64,000 nt of DNA from IMG/VR virus record IMGVR_UViG_3300042274_000333. One strand, 5' to 3'. Below the pieces are notes generated by a model. The model was not told the DNA's origin, did not search any database, and saw only the letters and a list, made by a program, of their open reading frames with translations. Source of the DNA: an uncultured virus (IMG/VR IMGVR_UViG_3300042274_000333). Lineage: Duplodnaviria; Heunggongvirae; Uroviricota; Caudoviricetes. Positions 48,870 to 57,605 of this stretch are shown one piece after another; within the stretch, counting starts at the first letter, position 1; every line of letters begins with the position of its first letter. Position numbers and translations under genes: made by a program.

Positions 48870-49166
48870 ATGAATACAACTTTATATAAAAAACGTGAGG
48901 ATATTCCAGACTATAATGAACTTTTAGAAAATGATTATGTAGTTTTCTATAATGTTTCATTTGAACTTGAAGTAGGAGCACTTTTAAGAAAAACAATTCG
49001 TGTTAGTTTGAGTAAAATAATAAATGAAATAAAACAGATGGATTCCGACTTTGAAGCATCTTTTGAAGAATTTAAAGGATTTTTGTCCTCAACTTTTTTA
49101 GTTCGTGCTAAAGGGGATAAAAGAGTTGTTGAAACTTGCCTATCTATAAAAGAATGGGCTAACTAA
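48870..49166 (+). CDS. Hypothetical protein
   Basis: Operonic ORF. Confidence 0.6.
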   Translation: MNTTLYKKREDIPDYNELLENDYVVFYNVSFELEVGALLRKTIRVSLSKIINEIKQMDSDFEASFEEFKGFLSSTFLVRAKGDKRVVETCLSIKEWAN

Positions 49167-49180
49167 AAAAGGAATAAAAA

Positions 49181-49594
49181 ATGAAACTGACACAAGCATT
49201 AGGTAAGAGTTCTTTGGTAGTAGATGGTTCAGAGGATAATAATATAACATCAAATCCAGACGAAAATAGTGGATTTGGTCTAGACACTTGGGATAATGAA
49301 ACGATAAAAATGTTATTTAGTGTCATACCGAAAGAAGAAGAATATAACATGAAAAAAGGAGTGTTGGGTGGTAGAGGCGTAAGTGTTTACCATAGATTTA
49401 CCAAAGAACATTGTGAGAAAATTTTAGAAAAACTTAAGTCTTTTGAGAAGAAAGAAGTAGAATACGAAGGGAGAAAAGTTGAAGTTGTGTTTCTTGCCAA
49501 TAAAAATAAAGGACTGCTTATTAAATGGTTTCAAAGGCTGATTGACTTATTTTCTGATTTTAATGATTTACCAGTATATTACTGGTGTGATTAA
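49181..49594 (+). CDS. Hypothetical protein
   Basis: AAGGA RBS. Confidence 0.65.
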   Translation: MKLTQALGKSSLVVDGSEDNNITSNPDENSGFGLDTWDNETIKMLFSVIPKEEEYNMKKGVLGGRGVSVYHRFTKEHCEKILEKLKSFEKKEVEYEGRKVEVVFLANKNKGLLIKWFQRLIDLFSDFNDLPVYYWCD

Positions 49595-49650
49595 ATGTAA
49601 TTTACAAAAAAGTAAAAATTTTATATAATAATAAAAAAAAGGAATAAAAA

Positions 49651-50031
49651 ATGAACGACATTTTAAAAGAGAATTTTAATGCACTTTTAGTGTATTTAAC
49701 AGACATTGTTAAACAAGGGGCTGATTTTGCTTCTGAAAATGTTCCTATCTGGATACAACAGATACTTTCATTTTATGGCATAAGAAACATAATATTTACT
49801 TCAGTAGCTTTTTTATTCTTGGTTATTTCTACTATTTTTGTTGTTAAAACATTTAAATATTTAAATAATAGTGATGATGATGAAATAGAAGGTTGTGTTA
49901 TAGTTTTGACGTTTTTAGGTGGTGTTGGTATTGCTTCATTTTTTCTTTTTATACATTACCTTAGTAGTGTTATAATGATTTATACAGCACCCATGCTTTT
50001 TCTTATGAAATTAGTTGGCATAACTATTTAG
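49651..50031 (+). CDS. Membrane protein
   Basis: Two or three TM segments. Confidence 0.65.
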   Translation: MNDILKENFNALLVYLTDIVKQGADFASENVPIWIQQILSFYGIRNIIFTSVAFLFLVISTIFVVKTFKYLNNSDDDEIEGCVIVLTFLGGVGIASFFLFIHYLSSVIMIYTAPMLFLMKLVGITI

Positions 50032-50039
50032 GGGTTTAT

Positions 50040-50282
50040 ATGGAATGTAAAGCAACATTAGAGTTTTCTCTACCAGAACAGGAATATGATTTTTCCGTGG
50101 CTTTAAAAGCAATAGACCTTGCTGTATTTATTTGGGATATGAAACAGGCTTTAAGGATAAAAAGAAAATACCCCTCTACCCTAGAAGGTGATGAAAAAGT
50201 TTCTTGGGCAGAAGTAGAAGATTTTTTCAACCATGAGTTAAGGGCAAGTGGTATAAATGATTTAATAGAATTTATGCCATAA
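50040..50282 (+). CDS. Hypothetical protein (KA.LEF.LPE motif)
   Basis: Operonic ORF. Confidence 0.65.
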   Translation: MECKATLEFSLPEQEYDFSVALKAIDLAVFIWDMKQALRIKRKYPSTLEGDEKVSWAEVEDFFNHELRASGINDLIEFMP

Positions 50283-50518
50283 GGAGGCAGTATGAAAAAA
50301 ACAATAAAGGAAATTTATGAAGATATTGCAAACTATTATTCTGCAGGACATTCAGTAGATTCCACGCTAGAGTATGCAGAGCAAACTTATGGAGAATTTT
50401 TTAAAACTCGTGATTATTTGTTAGAGGGTTTTCATGACTTTCTTGATGAATTGTTTGATTAAACCTACTTGACAAAAAACTAAAAAATTGATATAATAAT
50501 AAAATAAAGGGGTTAAAA

Positions 50519-51685
50519 ATGATAGAGTTAAAAGGAAAGTATGAAAACGCAATAATCTATAATGATTTTGCAGAAGAAGGAGCAATATCACAAATAATCT
50601 CTTTATTGAATCAGCCTATGGCAAAAGACGCACATGTAAGGGTAATGCCTGACGTTCACGCAGGCGCTGGGTGCGTAATAGGGTATACTGCAAAACTTAC
50701 TGATAAGGTTGTGCCTAACTTGATAGGAGTAGATATTGGATGTGGAGTTTTGGCTGTTCGTCTGTCAAAGAAATTTGATTTAGACGACATAGAGAAATTT
50801 ACAAAAGAAAATATTCCTACTGGTTCTAGTGTTAGAGATAAAGATGCAAGAAAATTTGACAAAGATTTTCACGAAAGGGTTTTGAAAGTTTGCCGTGAAA
50901 CAGGACAGGGTTTTCATAGGGTTATGAAATCTTTAGGCACTCTTGGTGGTGGAAATCACTTCATTGAAATAGATGAAGATAATGAAGGTAAATTTTGGCT
51001 TTTAGCTCATACTGGTTCAAGAAATTTTGGCAAAAAAATAGCAGAATTTCATCAGGATATGGCAAAGAGTATAAACTACAGAAAAAATGATATTGACACT
51101 TTGAAGCAGAAATATACAGGCGAAGAATTGCGACTTGCTATAGAAGCATTGCCTAAAACTACTAGCGGTCTAGAATGGCTTGAAGGTGATAATTTTTCAA
51201 AGTATTTAGAGCATATGATGGTAGCACAGGAATATGCTTCTATAAATAGAAATATTATTATAGAAGATATATCAGAAAAGTATGGTTATGATAATATAGT
51301 TGAGTCTGTACATAACTATATTGACTTGAAAAATGGTATAATCCGCAAAGGGGCTATCTCTGCTCAAAAAGGAGAGAAAGTTATAATACCTCTTTCAATG
51401 AAAGATGGTGCTATCATAGGCACTGGAAAAGGAAATGAAGAATGGAATTTTTCTGCTCCTCATGGTGCTGGTAGAAAAATGTCAAGAAGTGAAGCAAAGA
51501 AAACGCTTTCTATGGAAGAGTTTGAAGAGCAGATGAAAGGTATTAAATCCTCTTGTATAGGTTTAAGCACTCTTGACGAATCACCTATGGCTTATAAAGA
51601 CCCAGAAGAAATTATAAGGTACTTGGAGCCATCTGTTGAAATTGTAAGAACTTTAAAACCTATATGGAACTTTAAAGCTACTTGA
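50519..51685 (+). CDS. rtcB: RtcB-family RNA ligase
   Basis: MPDVHAG, GVDIGCG, GTLGGGNHFIE, HTGSR, HN, RKGA, SAPHGAGR, DESPMAYK. Confidence 0.96.
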   Translation: MIELKGKYENAIIYNDFAEEGAISQIISLLNQPMAKDAHVRVMPDVHAGAGCVIGYTAKLTDKVVPNLIGVDIGCGVLAVRLSKKFDLDDIEKFTKENIPTGSSVRDKDARKFDKDFHERVLKVCRETGQGFHRVMKSLGTLGGGNHFIEIDEDNEGKFWLLAHTGSRNFGKKIAEFHQDMAKSINYRKNDIDTLKQKYTGEELRLAIEALPKTTSGLEWLEGDNFSKYLEHMMVAQEYASINRNIIIEDISEKYGYDNIVESVHNYIDLKNGIIRKGAISAQKGEKVIIPLSMKDGAIIGTGKGNEEWNFSAPHGAGRKMSRSEAKKTLSMEEFEEQMKGIKSSCIGLSTLDESPMAYKDPEEIIRYLEPSVEIVRTLKPIWNFKAT

Positions 51686-51727
51686 CAAAAAACTAAAAAA
51701 AAGCTATAATAAGAGAGTAAAGGGAAC

Positions 51728-52036
51728 ATGATGAATAAAATTTTTATACACTTAATGGATTTTCACCCTATTATCAAAATGAGATATTCTTCTATTGATA
51801 AAAAGGACATAAGTGAAATTCCAGAGGGTGAATATTGCTATACAACTATTCATCATGACATGGAAACAGGAATAACCGTAACAAAACCTTGTCCCTATCT
51901 CAAAAGGCATAAAAGGTTTTTTGGTTTAGTAAAAGAAGAATTTAACTGGTGTGCCTATTTAAATACAGGGGACGATATACTACTTAATGATGAATGTAAG
52001 TGGTGTGAAGAAAAATTAACGGATTTTGAACAATAA
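51728..52036 (+). CDS. Cys-rich hypothetical protein
   Basis: IPEGEYCY..CPY..C..L.DECKWC. Confidence 0.65.
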   Translation: MMNKIFIHLMDFHPIIKMRYSSIDKKDISEIPEGEYCYTTIHHDMETGITVTKPCPYLKRHKRFFGLVKEEFNWCAYLNTGDDILLNDECKWCEEKLTDFEQ

Positions 52037-52176
52037 GAGAGCAAAAACGAAAAAGGGTTTGTAGTAGGCATTGCAAACCAGGAACCCTGAAACACCCATA
52101 AGCAAGAAGAAATTCTTGTGAGTACGCTGTTAGGTAATGCTGTTCTCTTTCTATGAAGTAAAAAGGAGTTTTATAT

Positions 52177-52497
52177 ATGTGGTTATTTTTGTTTATGATT
52201 TTTATTGTGCTGGGTCTTATTTTGTTTTTTGGCGGAATTTTGGAAGGGCTTGATGAACCTTATTTTTGGATAGGTATTTTGTTAATAGTATTAAGTGCTG
52301 TTTCCTTCGGAATTGATTATACTTCGCCTGTTGAAATAACTCGTACTATTGTGCAAACTAATGACTATGAAACCTATGAACTAAATATAGATTCTGATAA
52401 ACTTGGATATGTAGAAGTAACAAAACATAATCCTACCAGATTTAGTGCCGAAATAAAAGAAAAGACAGAATATATTTTTAAAGGATTTGTAGAATAG
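52177..52497 (+). CDS. Membrane protein
   Basis: Two TM segments, AAGGAG RBS. Confidence 0.65.
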   Translation: MWLFLFMIFIVLGLILFFGGILEGLDEPYFWIGILLIVLSAVSFGIDYTSPVEITRTIVQTNDYETYELNIDSDKLGYVEVTKHNPTRFSAEIKEKTEYIFKGFVE

Positions 52498-52506
52498 GAG
52501 GAGAAA

Positions 52507-52857
52507 ATGTCTATTGATTGGGATGCGTTTAGAGCAGATTTTAATGAAGCAGTTAAAGGTTTGAAGGATAAATATAATATAACTTTAACTACTGGAACCA
52601 TTAGATATACCCCTTCGTCATTTTCTATGCCAGTAAAAGGGCTTATTTCAGATTGGGATATTTCAGGAGAAGAAGCAGAATTTAAACGTCTTTGTAATAT
52701 GTTTGGCAAAAAGCCGGAAGATTATGGTAAAACTTTTACCTATAACGGGAAGATTCTTAAATTTGTCGGGTTTAATACAAAAGCAAGAAAATATCCCTTT
52801 ATAGGGGAAGAAGTTGGAACAGGCAGAAGGTACAAATTTATGAAGGTGGATGTATGA
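52507..52857 (+). CDS. Hypothetical protein
   Basis: GGAGG RBS. Confidence 0.7.
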   Translation: MSIDWDAFRADFNEAVKGLKDKYNITLTTGTIRYTPSSFSMPVKGLISDWDISGEEAEFKRLCNMFGKKPEDYGKTFTYNGKILKFVGFNTKARKYPFIGEEVGTGRRYKFMKVDV

Positions 52858-53036
52858 CCGAGTTTATGAAAAACCTTGATGAAATTTTACATACAGACAA
52901 GGAAGGTAACGGTACATATGAGAACCGTTGTGTTGTGTGTGGTAACATCTTTTTTGGACACAAGCGAGACACCACTTGCAAAAGGTGTATTTTGAAAAGT
53001 GAGTTATCACCAGAACTGCAATCAGTGAAGGAGTAA
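52854..53036 (+). CDS. Small Zn-finger protein
   Basis: CVVC..CKRC. Confidence 0.55.
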   Translation: MTEFMKNLDEILHTDKEGNGTYENRCVVCGNIFFGHKRDTTCKRCILKSELSPELQSVKE

Positions 53037-53041
53037 AAAGA

Positions 53042-53245
53042 ATGGATGGACAAACACTTTTAATGATTGCTATTTGGCTTATTACTGGCATCATTGGAGC
53101 TGTAATGAGTGAAAAGAGAGGAAGAAGCACTGTTGGTGGATTTTGCCTTGGGTTTTTTCTAGGTCTTATAGGTATTGCTATTATTGCATTAGTTGGAGAA
53201 AAAAAGCAAGAAGTTATAACAACTGATAAGATTGATAGGGTGTAA
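53042..53245 (+). CDS. Small membrane protein
   Basis: TM-KRGRS-TM. Confidence 0.7.
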   Translation: MDGQTLLMIAIWLITGIIGAVMSEKRGRSTVGGFCLGFFLGLIGIAIIALVGEKKQEVITTDKIDRV

Positions 53246-53413
53246 AATATAGTTGACAAAAAACTAAAATTTTTATATAATAGAGGAAAGATAAACAATA
53301 TGATTGCTGTATATGTAGTTCTTTATTTGGCTTTGATTTGTTGCATTTGCTTCTTTTTTAAGGGATGCGATAATAAATGACTCTTTTTTAATAAGGTGGT
53401 AAGATATAAATAT

Positions 53414-53551
53414 ATGAAGAAAGATTTAAGACCGTTGTATAAAAATTTAAGTAATCTCTCAACATCCGAAGATAGGAACAGGGGTGGAATAGGCGTATCT
53501 TAATAAGATGCGATTAATATATACCGCCCCTGCGAAAACAGGGGTTTTTTT
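53414..53551 (+). promoter_or_regulatory. Attenuator-like leader upstream of tRNA array
   Basis: 29-codon leader ORF; alternative antiterminator/terminator stems sharing CCCCTG. Confidence 0.5.
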
Positions 53552-53554
53552 ATT

Positions 53555-53626
53555 GCCTTCCTAGTATAATGGTCATTACAAGACTGTGGTATGGTTTAGA
53601 TAGCGGTTCGATTCCGCTGGAAGGCT
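53555..53626 (+). tRNA. tRNA-Thr(GGT)
   Basis: GCCTTCC/GGAAGGC; AGACT-GTGGTAT-GGTTT; TTCGATT. Confidence 0.75.
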
Positions 53627-53630
53627 TAAT

Positions 53631-53715
53631 GGATAGTTGGCAGAGTGGTCTATTGCACTTGTCTAGAAAACAAGAGGATGTAAAAGTTCCAGAGGTTCAA
53701 ATCCTCTACTATCCG
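53631..53715 (+). tRNA. tRNA-Ser(AGA)
   Basis: CTTGT-CTAGAAA-ACAAG; long variable arm; G73. Confidence 0.9.
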
Positions 53716-53741
53716 TATTAAATTGTAAAGGAGAACGTAAA

Positions 53742-54602
53742 ATGAGCCATTTTGTTGTATTAGCTTTTGGTGAAAATGTTGATAGAATGCTTGAACCGTA
53801 TTATGAAGGCATTGAAGTAGATGAATATTATGTCGGTGATGTTTCAGAAGAAGAAAAAGACGATTTTATAGAATACTATAAAGAACATCTTGAAAAAGAA
53901 GGGCGTCCTTTTCAAAGCGGATTAAGTAAAGAAGAAGAAATGGAAACTCTTTATAAAGAGTTTGGCATGGATTGGAATAGAGATAGCTGGAGAGTAGAAG
54001 GCGGAATATGGTGCAAGTATTCTACTTATAACCCTCTTTCAAAATGGGACTGGTATACTATTGGGGGAAGATTTGAAGATTTCTTTAAGCTAAAACCAGA
54101 TGCCTATACTAAACCAGTATTAACTATTTCAGATATTGATTTCTTTGGCAAAGCAGAGGAAAATAAAAAGAAAGCAGAGGAAGATTGGGAAAACGTTAAT
54201 AAAGTTTTTAACGAGGCAAATACTGGAAACTTTAAATCTTGGAAAGAAATTTTAGAAATGGAAAATCTTACCATAGATAAACAGAGAGTATTATACCATA
54301 AACAGCCAGAAGTAGAGGCTTACATGAAATATCTTGAAGAAGATAGCTACATGGCTTTCTATGAAAAACTTGAAGATTATTTAGTCAGCAAAGAAGAGTT
54401 TGTTGATGCAAGAATTTATGGTGGAGTTGTTCCTTATGCTTATGTAAGTGAAAAAACTGGTTGGAGAGAAAAGGGAGAAATGGGTTGGTTTGGAATGTCT
54501 AATGACAAATATTCTGATAAAGAATGGTTCAAAGAGTTTATGGAGTTTATAACTTCTTTGCCATTAGATACGCCAGTTTCAATAGTAGATTGCCATATTT
54601 AA
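53742..54602 (+). CDS. Phage hypothetical protein (YNP.SKWDWY.IGGR; VDCHI)
   Basis: Long ORF, AAGGAG RBS. Confidence 0.8.
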   Translation: MSHFVVLAFGENVDRMLEPYYEGIEVDEYYVGDVSEEEKDDFIEYYKEHLEKEGRPFQSGLSKEEEMETLYKEFGMDWNRDSWRVEGGIWCKYSTYNPLSKWDWYTIGGRFEDFFKLKPDAYTKPVLTISDIDFFGKAEENKKKAEEDWENVNKVFNEANTGNFKSWKEILEMENLTIDKQRVLYHKQPEVEAYMKYLEEDSYMAFYEKLEDYLVSKEEFVDARIYGGVVPYAYVSEKTGWREKGEMGWFGMSNDKYSDKEWFKEFMEFITSLPLDTPVSIVDCHI

Positions 54603-54613
54603 TATGGCACAAT

Positions 54614-54701
54614 GGAAGCGCAACCCGATAGCTGGCGACGGGAACTGTCTTGAAAACAGCCGAGCGTAACTGCCTTGTGGGTTCGACCCCCACCGCTTCC
54701 G
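54614..54701 (+). tRNA. tRNA-Ser(TGA)
   Basis: GGAAGCG/CGCTTCC; loop CTTGAAA; long variable arm. Confidence 0.88.
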
Positions 54702-54720
54702 TAAAAAAGGATACGTAAAA

Positions 54721-55098
54721 ATGGTTAAACAAGTGATTGTAGTAAGAAAAGACTTAAACATGAGAAAAGGGAAAATTGGAGCACAATGCGCCCACGCTTC
54801 TATGAAGGTGTTTTTTGATATAGCAAAAGTAAAAAACAATGTAATGGAAATTCCCTTGAACGATGAAATGGATGAATGGTTTAATGGTATTTTTACTAAA
54901 ATTGTAGTATATGTAGAAAGTGAAGAAGAATTGCTTTCTGTATATGATGAAGCAAAAAAAGCAGGGTTGCCTTGTTCTTTGATTAAAGACAATGGGCTTA
55001 CAGAATTTAATGGAGTTCATACTTATACCTGTGTAGGTATCGGTCCTGCCGAAGCAAGCAAGATAGATGCCATAACAGGACACTTAAGATTATATTGA
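54721..55098 (+). CDS. pth2: Peptidyl-tRNA hydrolase type 2
   Basis: KQVIVVRKDL.M.KGK..AQCAHAS, TKIVV, DNGLTEF, GIGP. Confidence 0.93.
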   Translation: MVKQVIVVRKDLNMRKGKIGAQCAHASMKVFFDIAKVKNNVMEIPLNDEMDEWFNGIFTKIVVYVESEEELLSVYDEAKKAGLPCSLIKDNGLTEFNGVHTYTCVGIGPAEASKIDAITGHLRLY

Positions 55099-55314
55099 CA
55101 AAAAACTAAAAAATTGATATAATAAGAGAGTAAGGTGGGAAAATGAAAGAACATGAAGTTGCGTTGAGAATTTCCGATGAAAAGTATGTAGATTCTTTAA
55201 TCATTGCCTTGGTTCGTCAGGGATATGAAGTATATTATAATAGTGAAGAAGGTAAAGGGCTTGTATGTTTTAAAACATATGATGAAGAAGTAACAGAAAT
55301 TAAGAGATAACAAT

Positions 55315-55386
55315 GGTCGCTTAGTCTAGTGGTAAGGACATGAGGTTTTCATCCTCAAATCAGGGGTTCAATTCCCCTAGCGACTA
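55315..55386 (+). tRNA. tRNA-Glu(TTC)
   Basis: TGAGG-TTTTCAT-CCTCA. Confidence 0.92.
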
Positions 55387-55391
55387 ACAAT

Positions 55392-55463
55392 GGTCTATTC
55401 GTCTAATGGTAGGACGTGAGGTTTTCATCCTTAAGATGGCGGGTTCAATTCCCCTATAGACTA
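55392..55463 (+). tRNA. tRNA-Glu(TTC), second divergent copy
   Basis: TGAGG-TTTTCAT-CCTTA. Confidence 0.85.
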
Positions 55464-55479
55464 TAAAAAAGGAGTTTGT

Positions 55480-55635
55480 ATGGAACTACCAGATGTAAAG
55501 AAACATTATATTGTTTCTATGGTTAAAAGTGTATTAAGGATAGCAGGGTATTTATTTCTGTTTAAAGTGGCACCAGTGGCTTCTGTAATTTTGATAGTAT
55601 CAGAAATTTTAGGAGTGTTAGAAGAAAACGTATAA
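55480..55635 (+). CDS. Small membrane protein
   Basis: AAGGAG RBS, 51 aa. Confidence 0.55.
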   Translation: MELPDVKKHYIVSMVKSVLRIAGYLFLFKVAPVASVILIVSEILGVLEENV

Positions 55636-55640
55636 CATAT

Positions 55641-55724
55641 GCTCTGGTGGTGGAATAGGTAGACACAACAGGCTTAAAACCTGTTGCCCGTTAGGGCGTG
55701 AGGGTTCAAGTCCCTCCCAGAGTA
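55641..55724 (+). tRNA. tRNA-Leu(TAA)
   Basis: ACAGG-CTTAAAA-CCTGT; variable arm. Confidence 0.93.
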
Positions 55725-55739
55725 AAGTGGGGTTTTATC

Positions 55740-56099
55740 TTGAAAAATGATGGTCTTTTTATTGCTGGTGTTTTAACTGTAATTTTTTTGTTATTATCAT
55801 TTACTTTCAGTTATAATAAAAATGATGAATATGATTTACGTAAAAATATAAACAATAATATAGTAGAAAATATTAAAACCAGTTTAAATGCATCAATAAA
55901 AAATGAATTAAAATTAAGTGATTGCTATGTTCAAAATGTAAAAATATCAGAAGAATCAAACGTTTATACAGCAGTTGTCACAATTAAACATTTTTTAAGA
56001 AAGAAAAATACAATTGTAATATATGTTAAAAAAAATGATAGAGATGAAGCATATTATTATCCAGGAGAAATAAAAGACTGGTATTACAAATTAGATTGA
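55740..56099 (+). CDS. Membrane-anchored hypothetical protein
   Basis: TTG start after tRNA; N-terminal TM. Confidence 0.55.
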   Translation: MKNDGLFIAGVLTVIFLLLSFTFSYNKNDEYDLRKNINNNIVENIKTSLNASIKNELKLSDCYVQNVKISEESNVYTAVVTIKHFLRKKNTIVIYVKKNDRDEAYYYPGEIKDWYYKLD

Positions 56100-56103
56100 A
56101 AAC

Positions 56104-56185
56104 GCTCCTGTGTTGGAATTGGTATACATCAGTGTCTTAGAAACATTGGCCGAGAGGATTGGGAGTTCAACTCTCCCCAGGAGCA
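56104..56185 (+). tRNA. tRNA-Leu(TAG)
   Basis: AGTGT-CTTAGAA-ACATT. Confidence 0.9.
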
Positions 56186-56233
56186 TTACTTTTATATATT
56201 GGTAAAGATATTAATATAAAAGGATTATTACCT

Positions 56234-56707
56234 ATGCCAAAAACAAAATATACAAAAGAGATTTTAAAACCAATAGTAGAAAAAAATATCAGTATTGCTG
56301 GTGTGTTAAAAGATCTTAACTTAAAAAATACTGGTGGAAATTATTCACATATAAAAAAATGTATTAAAAATGCAGAAATAAGTATGGATCATTTTTTAGG
56401 TCAATCTCACAGCAAGGGAAAACAAGGATATAATAAGCATACAAAAGAATCATTTATTGAAAAAGTTTTAAAGGAAGGAACTGGTTGGAGAAATCAAGCA
56501 ATAAAAGAAAAACTATTAGAATTCAATTTAAAAGAAGATAAATGTGAAGTTTGTGGTCAAAGTAGCTTATGGAATGGAAAAAAATTATCATTACAAATAG
56601 ACCATATTAATGGAATATTTAATGACAATAGATTTGAAAATTTGAGAATAATATGTCCTAACTGTCATTCTCAAACCGATACTTTTAGTTCTAAAATTAG
56701 GAACTAG
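56234..56707 (+). CDS. HNH endonuclease
   Basis: CEVCG..LQIDHING..NDNR.ENL..ICPNCHSQT. Confidence 0.92.
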   Translation: MPKTKYTKEILKPIVEKNISIAGVLKDLNLKNTGGNYSHIKKCIKNAEISMDHFLGQSHSKGKQGYNKHTKESFIEKVLKEGTGWRNQAIKEKLLEFNLKEDKCEVCGQSSLWNGKKLSLQIDHINGIFNDNRFENLRIICPNCHSQTDTFSSKIRN

Positions 56708-56745
56708 TGCCGTAAGGAGTGAGGGTTCAAGTCCCTCCCAGAGTA
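56697..56745 (+). pseudogene. Orphan 3' half of tRNA-Leu (T-TAG-GA-ACTAG...CCAGAGT-A)
   Basis: Anticodon through acceptor 3' strand present, 5' half absent. Confidence 0.75.
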
Positions 56746-56748
56746 AAT

Positions 56749-56832
56749 GCTTCAGTGGTGTAATATTGGTAAACACGCTAGTTTAAGGAACTAGTGCCGT
56801 AAGGCGTGAGAGTTCAAATCTCTCCTGGAGCA
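56749..56832 (+). tRNA. tRNA-Leu(AAG)
   Basis: CTAGT-TTAAGGA-ACTAG. Confidence 0.9.
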
Positions 56833-57024
56833 AAAATTAGTTAAGTGATGTCAGGAAGAGCCTTTAAATACAACAGTTAAAGGAAATGCCAGAAAAGCAC
56901 ACCTTTTAAGGACGTCCGTGCAGAGGTTTGAATCCTACTCTTGATATTAAGTCATTTAACAAATTTTATAGAATGAGGATAAAAATAATTACGTAATAAA
57001 ATATCCAAGTTCTATATATTTTAT

Positions 57025-57108
57025 GCTTCAGTGGTGTAATATTGGTAAACACGCTAGTTTAAGGAACTAGTGCCTTCGGGTGTGAGGGTTCAAATCCCTC
57101 TTGAAGCA
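57025..57108 (+). tRNA. tRNA-Leu(AAG), second copy
   Basis: 5' part identical to 56749 copy; varied V/T arms. Confidence 0.9.
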
Positions 57109-57114
57109 AATAAT

Positions 57115-57196
57115 GTTTCGGTGGTGGAAACGGTAGACACGGTAGCCTCAAAAGCTATTGCCGCAAGGCGTGAGGGTTCAAGTCCCTCTCGGAGCA
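57115..57196 (+). tRNA. tRNA-Leu(CAA)
   Basis: GTAGC-CTCAAAA-GCTAT. Confidence 0.92.
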
Positions 57197-57260
57197 AAAA
57201 ATAATTGTTTAAAAATTAAAAAAATTCTATAATAAAGTATAGTCAATAAGGAGATTTTAA

Positions 57261-57587
57261 ATGATTATTAAAATGGGAAGTCCAGATAATTTTGTACATG
57301 CTTTTTTTAAAAACGAAATGTATAATGAAGATTATCCATTGGATTTTGGCGTATATTTTTCAAAAGAAAAGCCTATTAGTTCAAATGATGATACTTGTTT
57401 AGAGTATGAGTTTGATACAGAAAAAGATTATATTCTAACATCTACTGATGCATCTATAATCTGGATTTGGAAGGATAAAAAGCCGACTATGATAGCAGAT
57501 TATGGATATTTTTGGGAAAAAGGAACTGCTATTGATTTTGAAGCTAAGGAAACTGGGTTTTATGTAGTTTGTGGCGAAAAATATTAA
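57261..57587 (+). CDS. Hypothetical protein
   Basis: AAGGAG RBS. Confidence 0.7.
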   Translation: MIIKMGSPDNFVHAFFKNEMYNEDYPLDFGVYFSKEKPISSNDDTCLEYEFDTEKDYILTSTDASIIWIWKDKKPTMIADYGYFWEKGTAIDFEAKETGFYVVCGEKY

Positions 57588-57605
57588 ACAAATGGAGGTA
57601 GCAAA

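Noticed and set aside
53470..53551. T-box riboswitch
   Set aside because: GGGTGGAATAGG lacks the UGGNACC bulge and no stem I/specifier is evident.
53555..53626. tRNA-His(GTG) reading
   Set aside because: The stem register centres GGT; G1-C72/C2-G71 and lack of C73 fit Thr.
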